Of a DNA stretch of 64,000 nucleotides, positions 41,714 to 50,659 are shown in pieces; positions within the stretch are counted from its first letter, which is position 1, and each line of letters starts with the position of its first letter. The notes under the pieces were generated by a model. It made no database searches. It was not told where the DNA came from and worked only from the letters and a program-made list of their open reading frames with translations. The DNA is taken from assembly GCA_014803985.1 (NCBI GenBank), contig JAAVAO010000024.1:20006-84005 (forward strand), given 5' to 3'. The stretch is from Treponema sp. Lineage in GTDB: Bacteria; Spirochaetota; Spirochaetia; Treponematales; Treponemataceae. The translations under genes and the position numbers were made by a program.

Positions 41714-42745
41714 CTAAATAGTATCATCCATTTCTTTTTTTATACCAGCAACATACATAGCCTCAGAAACACTTGCCCCAAGACGAAGTTTTTCTGTAGC
41801 CGCCCTTATGCAATTTAATTCCTGCTGTTTTAAAAAGAAGAACATCACCATAGAAATATCTGTCATCGGATACAGATGAAACATTTTTCTTGCCTTGCTC
41901 TTCTCTAAAAATTTAAAGCAGTGTTCAATTCTTCGTGGATTTACGCTCCACACGTCACCTTCAGTATGCGCGTTTAAAAACTTCGCAAATCGCCAGTTTT
42001 TCCAGTCCTCATAGGAATCCACTTCCTTGTCAAGAATTTCAAACGCATAACCGCAAATCTTGTCTGAAGGAGACGGTTTATCCCCAAGACAAAACAGATT
42101 TTCAATTATTTTTTCGCGTGAAAATTTATAGTAAACTTTCAAGCGTAACGCCCACTGCATATTTTTAACAGAATATTCCTCAATAAAAAAATTCTTTAAA
42201 ATGCTTTTAGTGCCATCGGAAATCTTGTCAAGGGATGCCCAAAGCGTTTTTATTTCAAGGGCATCAAGCTGATAGTCAAGCTGCATCCTTTTTTCAACGG
42301 CAGAAGCCTCGCTGTACCATTCATAACGAGTGCCCCTTGTAATCGCAGAAAGATTCGGCCATTCGTTATAATGCAACAAGGCATAATCGCCTATGTCAAC
42401 AGTTCTCGGCTTTTTTTCCTCTCCAAGGCTCAAGGAAGCGGCTATAACCTTTAGATTTTCGATTTCATATCGCCGAAGCAACTCAATCAAATAGGAATCG
42501 GGTTTATCGTAAACATCTAGAAGATGGGTGTATTGCGAGATAAAGCGTTTCATCGCTTCATTTTCGATTGTATTTGCAAAAATGACTTCTGGAACTGACG
42601 GCACGCTTGTGCGAAAAATCAATTCCCACAATTCGGAAAGAGATTTCGCATGAAAAAGCGGAATTGCATTATCACCTACATAAGATTTCACTAACATTCC
42701 GCTCGCCTTTGCATACGCATAAGCCGAGGCACTAGACATATTCAT
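41714..42745 (-). CDS. ntpC: V/A-type ATP synthase subunit C/d
   Basis: AYAYAKA.GM, RYEIENLK, N..WALRLK.YY. Confidence 0.8.
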   Translation of the reverse strand: MNMSSASAYAYAKASGMLVKSYVGDNAIPLFHAKSLSELWELIFRTSVPSVPEVIFANTIENEAMKRFISQYTHLLDVYDKPDSYLIELLRRYEIENLKVIAASLSLGEEKKPRTVDIGDYALLHYNEWPNLSAITRGTRYEWYSEASAVEKRMQLDYQLDALEIKTLWASLDKISDGTKSILKNFFIEEYSVKNMQWALRLKVYYKFSREKIIENLFCLGDKPSPSDKICGYAFEILDKEVDSYEDWKNWRFAKFLNAHTEGDVWSVNPRRIEHCFKFLEKSKARKMFHLYPMTDISMVMFFFLKQQELNCIRAATEKLRLGASVSEAMYVAGIKKEMDDTI

Positions 42746-42753
42746 AAAGCACC

Positions 42754-43065
42754 CTACAACTCAGAAAGCGTTTTTTTTAGCAAAGCGGTAAACGCCTGTG
42801 TGTTTTTTCCAGTTTTTTCCAAGTCCACTTGATAATCGTTTATAATTTTTTTATATTTTTTTGAAATTTCGTCAACACGATTGTTATAGTCTGTTTCAAG
42901 CCGGGCGGAAATCTTTTGAAATTCTTCTGTGTATTCCGCATCAGCCTTTGCCCGCGCTTCAGACAAAATTTCATTGGCATCATTTTGAGCATCTTTTATA
43001 AGCAGTGATGCATTTTGTTCGACTTCCAAAAGATGGGCGATAACATTTACTTCCTCTGATTCCAT
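42754..43065 (-). CDS. V/A-type ATP synthase subunit G/H-like
   Basis: First gene of operon, I..LL.VE..A..LI..A...A..IL.EA coiled coil; GAGGTG RBS. Confidence 0.7.
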   Translation of the reverse strand: MESEEVNVIAHLLEVEQNASLLIKDAQNDANEILSEARAKADAEYTEEFQKISARLETDYNNRVDEISKKYKKIINDYQVDLEKTGKNTQAFTALLKKTLSEL

Positions 43066-43119
43066 TCCACACCTCTTCAAACTGACAGAAAAATAGCGGC
43101 GCATAGCAACGGAAGCACA

Positions 43120-43255
43120 TTAGAGTTTTCATTTTTTTCTCTTCGACTTCCAGTCTCAGGACAAAGCCCTCTGCGTTCGCTTCGCTCACCATCAAGTTTT
43201 GCGTTACAAAACTCACCAGTAAAATCCACAACGCATAGTTTTCTGCAAAACTGGT
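43120..43255 (-). repeat. Degenerate modules of the modular repeat upstream of ATPase operon
   Basis: CTTCGACTTCCAGTCTCAGGACAAA matches 11951-11975; AGTTTTG-CGTTA-CAAAACT hairpin. Confidence 0.7.
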
Positions 43256-43297
43256 TCGCACACAGTATATATAAAGCAAATGCACCGCATAAAAGCA

Positions 43298-43774
43298 TTA
43301 CAGCTCTTTTTCCATCGTCTTTATAGCATCAATGAGTTCTTTCGCAGAAGATGCTGTTAACGCTGTTTGATAAAATGTATCAAAGCGCAACAATTGAGCC
43401 AACTCTGCAAGAATTTTTAAATGAAGTTCAGCATTCCCTGGTTCAAACAGGATCAAAATAACAAGGTGAACACGAGAATTTCCATCGGTTGCAAAATCAT
43501 TGCTAACCTCGTAGTCAATTCCCTCTTTACTCACTCCAATTGAAACCACTGGAGATTTTACGGTAACGCAAGACGCATGAGGCACTGCAACACCTGCCAT
43601 AATGCAAGTATTTTGCTTTTGCTCACGACTTTCTATCGCAGAAATAGCCTCTTTCCTATCAATGACAGGATTCTCTCTGACAAGGTTTTCAACCATTTCT
43701 GCAAAAAGCACATCCTTGCTGTCACTTTCAAGATTTAAAATTACATTTTCCAGCTTCACAAAATCGCTCAACAT
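43298..43774 (-). CDS. PTS EIIA (fructose/nitrogen-type) domain protein
   Basis: SRE...T.I..GVAVPHA, IGVS..GIDY, HLKILAELA. Confidence 0.9.
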   Translation of the reverse strand: MLSDFVKLENVILNLESDSKDVLFAEMVENLVRENPVIDRKEAISAIESREQKQNTCIMAGVAVPHASCVTVKSPVVSIGVSKEGIDYEVSNDFATDGNSRVHLVILILFEPGNAELHLKILAELAQLLRFDTFYQTALTASSAKELIDAIKTMEKEL

Positions 43775-43801
43775 ACTATCACCACAAAAAAAGATTGTTT
43801 T

Positions 43802-44221
43802 TTATTCGGAAGTTTCCCCTTCGGACACTTCACTCGTTTCTGCACTCACTTCATTGGATTGCGAATCACTAGCCCCCGCATCGTTAGAAACCCACCAATC
43901 TCCATTTCCTGAAGATTCAGCATTTTCCTCCGCCCCGAGTTCTGCTTCAATCCCTGCAGCAGGTGCAAGATCTTCAACAAACTTTGGCTTTTTGTTCACA
44001 AGGGCAAGTCCAAAAGCAATCGCAAAAAACAAAAACACAAGAACAACGGTTGCTTTCGTAAGCACATTTGCCGAATGAGAGCCAAACGCCGCAGTCCCTC
44101 GACCGCCCAAAAGTCCGCCCATTCCGTTTTGCCCATCATCTTGCACAAGAACAAGAAGAACTATAAGAACACAAACAATTATAAAAGAAACAAGGAGAAT
44201 TACTCCGATAGCACTGTTCAT
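43802..44221 (-). CDS. secG: Preprotein translocase subunit SecG
   Basis: LVLVQ...GMGG..GG....FG..SANVLTK.T. Confidence 0.93.
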   Translation of the reverse strand: MNSAIGVILLVSFIIVCVLIVLLVLVQDDGQNGMGGLLGGRGTAAFGSHSANVLTKATVVLVFLFFAIAFGLALVNKKPKFVEDLAPAAGIEAELGAEENAESSGNGDWWVSNDAGASDSQSNEVSAETSEVSEGETSE

Positions 44222-44328
44222 AAAAACTCCAAAAAAATCATCGCAGTAAAAGCGACATTCTATATCGTTTTTTAATTTTAATGAAATAAAACTTTTTGGT
44301 CAACGGCGCACGTAAAATTTTTATCCAC

Positions 44329-44530
44329 TAATTTTCAGCAATGAACTGTTTTCGCAACAAGCGCATAGCGCGACGTCTCTAGCAAAAAAGGCAGTGAATA
44401 AGCAAGTTTTGAAAATGCAATCACAATCCACTAGGTCAGTTTTGCGTAAAAAAGCCATGCCGTGCGAGGTAGCAAACCTGGAGGCGAAAGTCGGGAAATA
44501 GAAATGAAAAATCAATGCATCTTTCGCCCT
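44329..44530. repeat. Modular repeat copy with internal strand switch
   Basis: 44329-44415 is the reverse complement of 54845-54975 (with deletion); 44416-44530 is direct match to 2185-2212 and 54760-54815. Confidence 0.85.
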
Positions 44531-44559
44531 TTTGCACCGCCGCCTGTTTACCCGAAACG

Positions 44560-45276
44560 CTAATTTCGTTTTCTGCCAAAAATGCGAAGAAGAGCAAGAA
44601 ATATATTTATAAAATCAAGATACAGTTCCAACGCCCCAATAATTGAAGCCTTTTTGAACACATCCGTATCCTGCATGCCCTCTGCCGCCTGACTTGCTCG
44701 AAGCAGTTTTTGAGTGTCATAAGCGGTGAGCCCCGTAAAAAGCAACACAGTGACAATTGAAAGAAACCATGCAACCGTGCCAGAGCGCAAAAAGATATTC
44801 ACAAGGGATGCAATTATCACGCCAACAAGTCCCATAAAAAAATAACGCCCAAACGAATTCAAATCCGATTTTGTAACCATTCCATAAATTGACATCACTG
44901 CAAATAAAGCGGCGGAAACGAAAAATATAACCGCAATTGACTCTCCACTATACACAAAAAATATAGACGAAAGCGTTAGTCCGTTTAAAACCGAATACAC
45001 AATGTATGCCACAGTAGCAGCCGCCGCACTTATTTTTCGTATAGACGCAGAAAGCCACCACACAAGGGCAAGTTCTGCAATCGAAAGAAAAAGAAAGCCA
45101 AACCTGTTGCCAAACAGAAAAGAGAACAACAGCGTCGGCTCTCCGCTGGGAGAAACCATCATCATTGCCGAAGCAAACGCAACCACTCCGCTTAGACAAA
45201 GCGCAAGCGTCATCCACCCATACACACGCGCAAGAAATGTATTCTGCGCCTTTACCACTGAAATTTCCGTCTTCAT
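44560..45276 (-). CDS. Bax inhibitor-1/YccA family membrane protein
   Basis: FL.RVYGWM, TAYDTQK, GAL.LYLDFINIFL.LLRIFG. Confidence 0.93.
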   Translation of the reverse strand: MKTEISVVKAQNTFLARVYGWMTLALCLSGVVAFASAMMMVSPSGEPTLLFSFLFGNRFGFLFLSIAELALVWWLSASIRKISAAAATVAYIVYSVLNGLTLSSIFFVYSGESIAVIFFVSAALFAVMSIYGMVTKSDLNSFGRYFFMGLVGVIIASLVNIFLRSGTVAWFLSIVTVLLFTGLTAYDTQKLLRASQAAEGMQDTDVFKKASIIGALELYLDFINIFLALLRIFGRKRN

Positions 45277-45377
45277 TTTATACCTCTCTTTCTTTATTTT
45301 CAGATTTTAATGCAGTTTTAAATCAAAATTCTCGTTTTACCTATTTATATAATTTGGACACCTTGTTACTCCGCCAC

Positions 45378-45411
45378 CAAAACTGGGCAAGCAGGTCAAA
45401 GCCCTGCGACC
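45378..45411 (+). repeat. Remnant module of the modular repeat
   Basis: CAAAACTGGGCAAGCAGG..GCCCTGCGACC cf. 2227-2260. Confidence 0.7.
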
Positions 45412-45438
45412 AAACGTCAAGAAATAAAAACGGAAAAC

Positions 45439-46563
45439 CTATGTCTCATCCGCCATTATTCCAGAAAGCACTGGAAGCTGCTTATGCGCTGTTTTAAACA
45501 AAATGGACAAAGTCTCCTTTAACGCCTTTCGCATTTCACCGTCAAGGCTGCCAATAGCCTTAATTATTTTCACCGAATTCCGCAACAAGTTTTTTTCAAT
45601 CTCGGAATTAGTTCTTGCATCTGTTGCTTGAATCAACGTAAAAAGCGCCTCTATAAATTTGCTTCTCTGTTCATCGCTAATATGGGAAATCCACGCGTTA
45701 AACGTTTCATGAAAAAAAACAGAGCCCGAATCAAACCCATCAAGCGTTGTATATGTTGTGCCATTCAAATGCCAAGAAAATGGATCGTGCTGCATAATGC
45801 CCGTTTCATCGCTTTCAACAACACAGTATTCTCCTGCGTGACCAAACAGCATTCCCACAATAGAAAAATGTGGATAATATGAACGAATTTTTGGAATCGC
45901 CTCATAAAAGTTGTTTGAAGAAAGGGTCTTTTCGGAAAAGCCCGGCCCGTCAAGATTATAAATGACTCTCACCCTTTTTTTCACAGACGCAGATGCCATC
46001 GCTCCTGCATACACGGCAAGATTTCCTCCTTTAGAATGACCACCCACAATAAAACTGCCTTTCAAAGAAGAGGCAGCCGTCTCCAAATATCTAACCGCAT
46101 CCGTTTGGGCGGGCACTTCGTCCATAATCGCAAGATTAAAATCCTCTTTCCAGCCAACAATAGTGTCATCAGTTCCTCGATATGCCACAAAATTCATTTT
46201 TCCAGGAAGCAAAAACGTCATTGCGGAAAACTGCTCCTCTATTGCAGGTTCAATAATTGAGGAATAGCCTGTAACTTTCAAACTTCCAAAACGAACGGAA
46301 GACGCTGCCGCAAAAAGCAAGTCAACGCTTTTTTTATTTATCAACATCCCCAAATCAGAACGCCTTTCTAAATCGGGGGATTTTTTAAATAAATCACCCA
46401 AAGCGGAAAGCGTTATGGAGGCAGAAAAATTCTCGACTGGCAAAAGTCCATCAAAATCAATATAGGAAATTTGACACAGCACGAGCGCATCAATATCATT
46501 GAACGGAGAAGCGGAAAACGAAAGATCCCCCCTCCACGAAATATAATCCAAAATATTTGCCAT
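45439..46563 (-). CDS. DUF2974 (Mbeg1-like) alpha/beta hydrolase
   Basis: MANILDYI.WRGDL, RGTDDTIVGWKEDF, GHSKGGNLA, DGPGF. Confidence 0.92.
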   Translation of the reverse strand: MANILDYISWRGDLSFSASPFNDIDALVLCQISYIDFDGLLPVENFSASITLSALGDLFKKSPDLERRSDLGMLINKKSVDLLFAAASSVRFGSLKVTGYSSIIEPAIEEQFSAMTFLLPGKMNFVAYRGTDDTIVGWKEDFNLAIMDEVPAQTDAVRYLETAASSLKGSFIVGGHSKGGNLAVYAGAMASASVKKRVRVIYNLDGPGFSEKTLSSNNFYEAIPKIRSYYPHFSIVGMLFGHAGEYCVVESDETGIMQHDPFSWHLNGTTYTTLDGFDSGSVFFHETFNAWISHISDEQRSKFIEALFTLIQATDARTNSEIEKNLLRNSVKIIKAIGSLDGEMRKALKETLSILFKTAHKQLPVLSGIMADET

Positions 46564-46783
46564 ACTCTTTTATATTACTATTAACTTTCATAAGTTTCTA
46601 CAAAAAACATATCTATAGCGCGTTTTTTCTGTACCGTTTTATTTTTTTAACAAGACATTCGGAAAAAAACATGAACAGCACGAACAGTCAGCAGAAAACA
46701 ACAAAAATTCTAAAAAAAAGCCTACAAAATAGCACGTCTTTCATATTTTTTTATGAATTTGCATAAAATTTGCACATTACCTA

Positions 46784-46815
46784 TAGACATACCCCCCCCC
46801 CATTTCGATTATAAT
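46784..46815 (+). promoter_or_regulatory. Sigma70-type promoter with C10 tract in the -35/-10 spacer
   Basis: TAGACA(46784)-TA-C10-ATTTCGAT-TATAAT(46810); spacer 20 nt. Confidence 0.65.
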
Positions 46816-46851
46816 GACATATCTTGTTTCATAGATTAAGGAGGAAACACT

Positions 46852-47337
46852 ATGAAAAAATTATTGTTCGCTTTTACTGCGCTTATCGCAGCATTTGCTA
46901 TTACAGGTTGCTTGTCAACACCTCATTACCAAACTTCGTTAGGTCAAGACACAGACGACAGACTTTTCAGCAATGAAACTTTTTACGGCACATCACTGAA
47001 CGACACTCGTCTTGTAAACCCAAAGGATTATGCAGTTCTCGGTCCCATAATCATCTACGAAAAAGATGGGAACGGAATTAAAGGCTATGCTGATATCCTC
47101 TCGGCTGCAATAGCAAAATATCCTGAAACAGACGCAGTGATAAACATCGTAATGGACGCTGAAGCGACAGATGATGCAAGTTCAAACACAGGAAGACAAA
47201 CTGCGTGGTCTGGAATCGCAATAAAAATCACTGATACAATTGTCGGAAACGAAACAGTTCAAACAACAAAGACCACAGACTCAAACGGCAAGGAAGTTTT
47301 GACGGAAACACGCACAACAACATACAAAAAGTTATAA
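46852..47337 (+). CDS. Hypothetical lipoprotein
   Basis: AAGGAGG RBS, ITGC lipobox, DAVINI.MD...SGIAIK fold motif. Confidence 0.85.
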   Translation: MKKLLFAFTALIAAFAITGCLSTPHYQTSLGQDTDDRLFSNETFYGTSLNDTRLVNPKDYAVLGPIIIYEKDGNGIKGYADILSAAIAKYPETDAVINIVMDAEATDDASSNTGRQTAWSGIAIKITDTIVGNETVQTTKTTDSNGKEVLTETRTTTYKKL

Positions 47338-47347
47338 TGAAAAATTC

Positions 47348-47410
47348 TGCACGAAACAGAGTGAGCAGGGTTGCTTCGTCACCCCTGCTTTTGCACGCGC
47401 CGTTCGTGCA
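47348..47410. repeat. Nested hairpin containing a repeat module
   Basis: TGCACGAA..GCAGGGTTGCTTCGTCACCCCTGC..TTCGTGCA; inner hairpin recurs at about 54502-54524. Confidence 0.65.
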
Positions 47411-47545
47411 TTGATTTCCCATTCACGTTTTCAAAGTCGAAAACGTGTTATATACAATGCATCCTCATTTTTCCCTGAGGATGTGCATAAAAAGTCAATT
47501 AAAGGTTTCACCTTACTTTTGACTTTTTACGGAGGAAAATAATAG

Positions 47546-48298
47546 ATGAAAAAAAATGTATGCAAACTTGCGGTTTTCTTGTGCTGTTTTGTTTTTTCCA
47601 TTTCAAGCATATATGCACGATCTCAAAACGCCACTAAAAGAATTGAAGAACAGCGTAATAGAAGTGGCTTTACTTCACGACAAGGCACATCAAATGCAAA
47701 GGGTAAAAAACAACAGACAAAAGCATCATCTACAGAGCAAACAGAGCCTAGATACAGAGGGGACTTTCAATTCGCACTAGGCTATGCAGCAGGAGAGGCA
47801 AGCTATTACGAAGATTATTACTATAGCTACTACTCTAAAGAATTAGAAAAGAAAGTCAGAGACATTGGGGCGTTCACAATTGGCCTTGAAAATCACAATA
47901 TGTTTAGAGTCACTCCTTTTAGAAAAGTAAACTTTTACGTGGGCTTCATGGAAACATTCTTTTTTAGCGTAGGCAACACAGGAATTCTTGACTTTACCAT
48001 TGGCGGCGCACTCGGAGTGCAATTCTCAAAAGTGGCGTTTGTTCAAGCAGGGCTTGGACTTGACATAGGGACTGTAATGCATCCATCAAATTTCGTTGCA
48101 CCCGCCTTTTTCTTTGAACTTCAGGCAAAATTCTTCCCGAACGCAGTATTCAGTCCATTGATTGGAATGAAATTCACCAAATTCACTGGAGAAGAAGAAG
48201 TCTACACCTCCAATGGAGGCTACACAACAAATCCCGCCTCTGTTTCATTAAACTCGTTTTTTATAGGCGGAAGCTGGAATTTCAGAAAAAGAAAATAA
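47546..48298 (+). CDS. Putative small outer-membrane beta-barrel protein
   Basis: GGAGG RBS, signal peptide (IYA), alternating aromatic strands, terminal GGSWNF. Confidence 0.7.
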   Translation: MKKNVCKLAVFLCCFVFSISSIYARSQNATKRIEEQRNRSGFTSRQGTSNAKGKKQQTKASSTEQTEPRYRGDFQFALGYAAGEASYYEDYYYSYYSKELEKKVRDIGAFTIGLENHNMFRVTPFRKVNFYVGFMETFFFSVGNTGILDFTIGGALGVQFSKVAFVQAGLGLDIGTVMHPSNFVAPAFFFELQAKFFPNAVFSPLIGMKFTKFTGEEEVYTSNGGYTTNPASVSLNSFFIGGSWNFRKRK

Positions 48299-48462
48299 GC
48301 CGTTTTAATGCGTATATGCAACGAAAACGACTGTCATTGCCGGGCGCAAAGTCCGACAATGACACACGCCGTTGTTTTTAATACAGCACAGAGAACCACC
48401 TCTTTTTCGCTGGATTTGCTATCATTCATCTTGTCCCCCTCTTCTCCATGTACACCCCGTTT

Positions 48463-48491
48463 TTGACAAAACGCTTGTGAACTTGTATAAT
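48463..48491 (+). promoter_or_regulatory. Consensus sigma70 promoter
   Basis: TTGACA-N17-TATAAT. Confidence 0.85.
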
Positions 48492-48531
48492 CGCTTTTGA
48501 AAATTAAAAGCAATTATAACAGGAAAAAAAT

Positions 48532-49728
48532 ATGCAATGTATATTCCAAGATTTAAAAACAGCAACTGAAATAGCGTTGCTGTTTTTAATGGCGATTTTT
48601 TTTCAAAAACTCGCTTATCGTACTGCGATTTTTCGCTTCGCTACAAAATCGCGTTTTCAGCAACTCCCGAATTTGACAATTCACTCGTTGCTGAAAATTA
48701 AGGAAGATTTAAAAACAGCAACAAAATTAGCGTTGCTGTTTTTAATGGCGATTTTTTTCAAAACGCGCTTATTCACTGCCGTTTCTCATTTCATTGCGAA
48801 CTGGAGTTTTAAGCAGGAAAGCAAGTTAAAACCTTCCTTTTTGCTTAAAAATAAAGAACAAAAGAAGCTCGCCTCTTTCTTTTTTATCGCACTTTTTGCG
48901 CAAACTGTATTTGCAAAATCGGGAACGCCCATTCCACTCTGGAAAAATGTGCCTGAAATGAAGAATGTTAAGTCAACTATGTATGTGCATTTTCCGTCTA
49001 GTGAAAGTGAAAAAAAGGATCTTGCAATTATCATTTGTCCAGGAGGAAGCTATCATCATCTGGGACTGTATAACGAAGGATACAAAAGCGCAGAGTGGTT
49101 TTCAAAGAAAGGCGTTGTTGCGTTCACGCTGAAATACCGAACGGCTAGTGGCGGAAATCACTACCCGGCAATGCTGGAGGACTTGCAACGAGCAATTCAG
49201 TTAGTGCGAGAAAATGCAGAACGCTATCATATCAGCGGAAAACACATTGGAATCATTGGGTATTCGGCAGGCGGTCATTTGGTAACTATGGGCGGTGCTT
49301 TTTACAAAAGTCGCAATGAACTTCATAAATTCGGAATTGCAGAGAACACTGACTTGCGTCCAACATTTTGCGTTCCTGTCTATCCTGTTGTGAGCATGCA
49401 AGACACCATAGCGCATCGCTGGTCACGAAAAAGTTTGCTTGGCAAAGAACAAACTCCCGAAAGAAAGGACGCATTCTCAATGGAAATGCAAATTCCGCCT
49501 GACATGCCGCCAACATATATAGTTGTATGCAAGGATGACCCTGTCGTTTTGTGGCAAAACAGCATTGAACTAGACAACGCGCTTACACAGGCTGAAATTC
49601 TCCACCACACAGAAATATATGAATGGGGCGGACATGGTTTTGGAATGCTGGACAACAAATTTATGAAAACCTTTCACTGGAATGAAACGCTCTGGCACTG
49701 GCTTTTAGAAAATAAAATCATACCGTAA
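48532..49728 (+). CDS. Exported alpha/beta hydrolase (acetyl xylan esterase/BD-FAE-like) with repeat-derived N-terminal extension
   Basis: ICPGGSY, GYSAGGHL, YPVVSM, DDPVV, GGHGFG; start uncertain (48532, 48745 or 48841). Confidence 0.85.
   Translation: MQCIFQDLKTATEIALLFLMAIFFQKLAYRTAIFRFATKSRFQQLPNLTIHSLLKIKEDLKTATKLALLFLMAIFFKTRLFTAVSHFIANWSFKQESKLKPSFLLKNKEQKKLASFFFIALFAQTVFAKSGTPIPLWKNVPEMKNVKSTMYVHFPSSESEKKDLAIIICPGGSYHHLGLYNEGYKSAEWFSKKGVVAFTLKYRTASGGNHYPAMLEDLQRAIQLVRENAERYHISGKHIGIIGYSAGGHLVTMGGAFYKSRNELHKFGIAENTDLRPTFCVPVYPVVSMQDTIAHRWSRKSLLGKEQTPERKDAFSMEMQIPPDMPPTYIVVCKDDPVVLWQNSIELDNALTQAEILHHTEIYEWGGHGFGMLDNKFMKTFHWNETLWHWLLENKIIP
48547..48858 (+). repeat. Modular palindromic repeat inside the 5' end of an ORF
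   Basis: Two copies of TTAAAAACAGCAAC..GTTGCTGTTTTTAA and the TTTTCAGCAAC..GTTGCTGAAAA hairpin; closely matches 58285-58480. Confidence 0.92.
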
Positions 49729-49828
49729 ATACAATTTCACGGTAAAAAAATGCACGCAACGAAAAATAAAACAAACTGCAACTTTTGCCCTCTTTACAAT
49801 TATAAATTGAAGTTTTATAATAAGTATT

Positions 49829-50644
49829 ATGACAGAGATTTTGAACGATGCGAACTTTGATAAATTTCGCAACATTATTTACAAGGAATGTGGCATAACT
49901 TTTTCTTCGACAAACAGACCTATTCTAGATAGTAGAATCAAGGAAATCTTACGCGAAAAAAAGATGGACTCCCTGGATGACTACTACAAACTTATTCTGT
50001 CTGATCACGAAGAAATGAAGCGAATGCTAGACAGTGTAACAACAAACTTGACGCGTTTTTTCCGAAACCAGCCTCATTTTGACGCGCTTATCAATTATGT
50101 AATCCCACATGTTCTTGAGGAAAAGAAAAAAACAAACGATCGAACGGTGCGTATTTGGAGCGCAGGATGTTCAACAGGTGAAGAGCCCTATACAATCGCT
50201 ATGATTTTGAAGAAAATTCTTCCATTTGGCTACAACTTTCAAGTTACTGCATCCGACATTTCTTTAAAGTCGCTGATGGTTGGTCAAAAGGGATTTTATG
50301 CTGGAACAAAAATGGATGGCGTTCCCCCTGACTATCTTGCAACCTCTTTTACAAAAGTGGAAGGCGGTTATCAAATAAACAAGGACATTATGGACTGTGT
50401 AAAATTCGACTACCACAACTTGCAGCACACACCAGGCTTCAGCAGACTAGATGTTGTGTTTTGCCGTAATGTAATGATTTATTTTGATGAAAACGCACAA
50501 ACAACCGTTTTAAATAACTTTTGGAACGCAATGGCAGCACATTCATATCTATTTATTGGTCACTCAGAATCTCTCTTTGGGTTAAAAACAAAATTTGAGT
50601 TCCTAAAGACTAACTGGGCTTGTCTTTATCAGAAAAACGCTTAA
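49829..50644 (+). CDS. cheR: Chemotaxis methyltransferase CheR
   Basis: TTNLTRFFR, IWSAGCSTGEEPY, FCRNVMIYF, IGHSES. Confidence 0.96.
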   Translation: MTEILNDANFDKFRNIIYKECGITFSSTNRPILDSRIKEILREKKMDSLDDYYKLILSDHEEMKRMLDSVTTNLTRFFRNQPHFDALINYVIPHVLEEKKKTNDRTVRIWSAGCSTGEEPYTIAMILKKILPFGYNFQVTASDISLKSLMVGQKGFYAGTKMDGVPPDYLATSFTKVEGGYQINKDIMDCVKFDYHNLQHTPGFSRLDVVFCRNVMIYFDENAQTTVLNNFWNAMAAHSYLFIGHSESLFGLKTKFEFLKTNWACLYQKNA

Positions 50645-50659
50645 AGCGAGGCACTTTTT

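Noticed and set aside
44321-44329. DnaA-box-like TTATCCACT
   Set aside because: Single imperfect copy, no cluster and no dnaA context.
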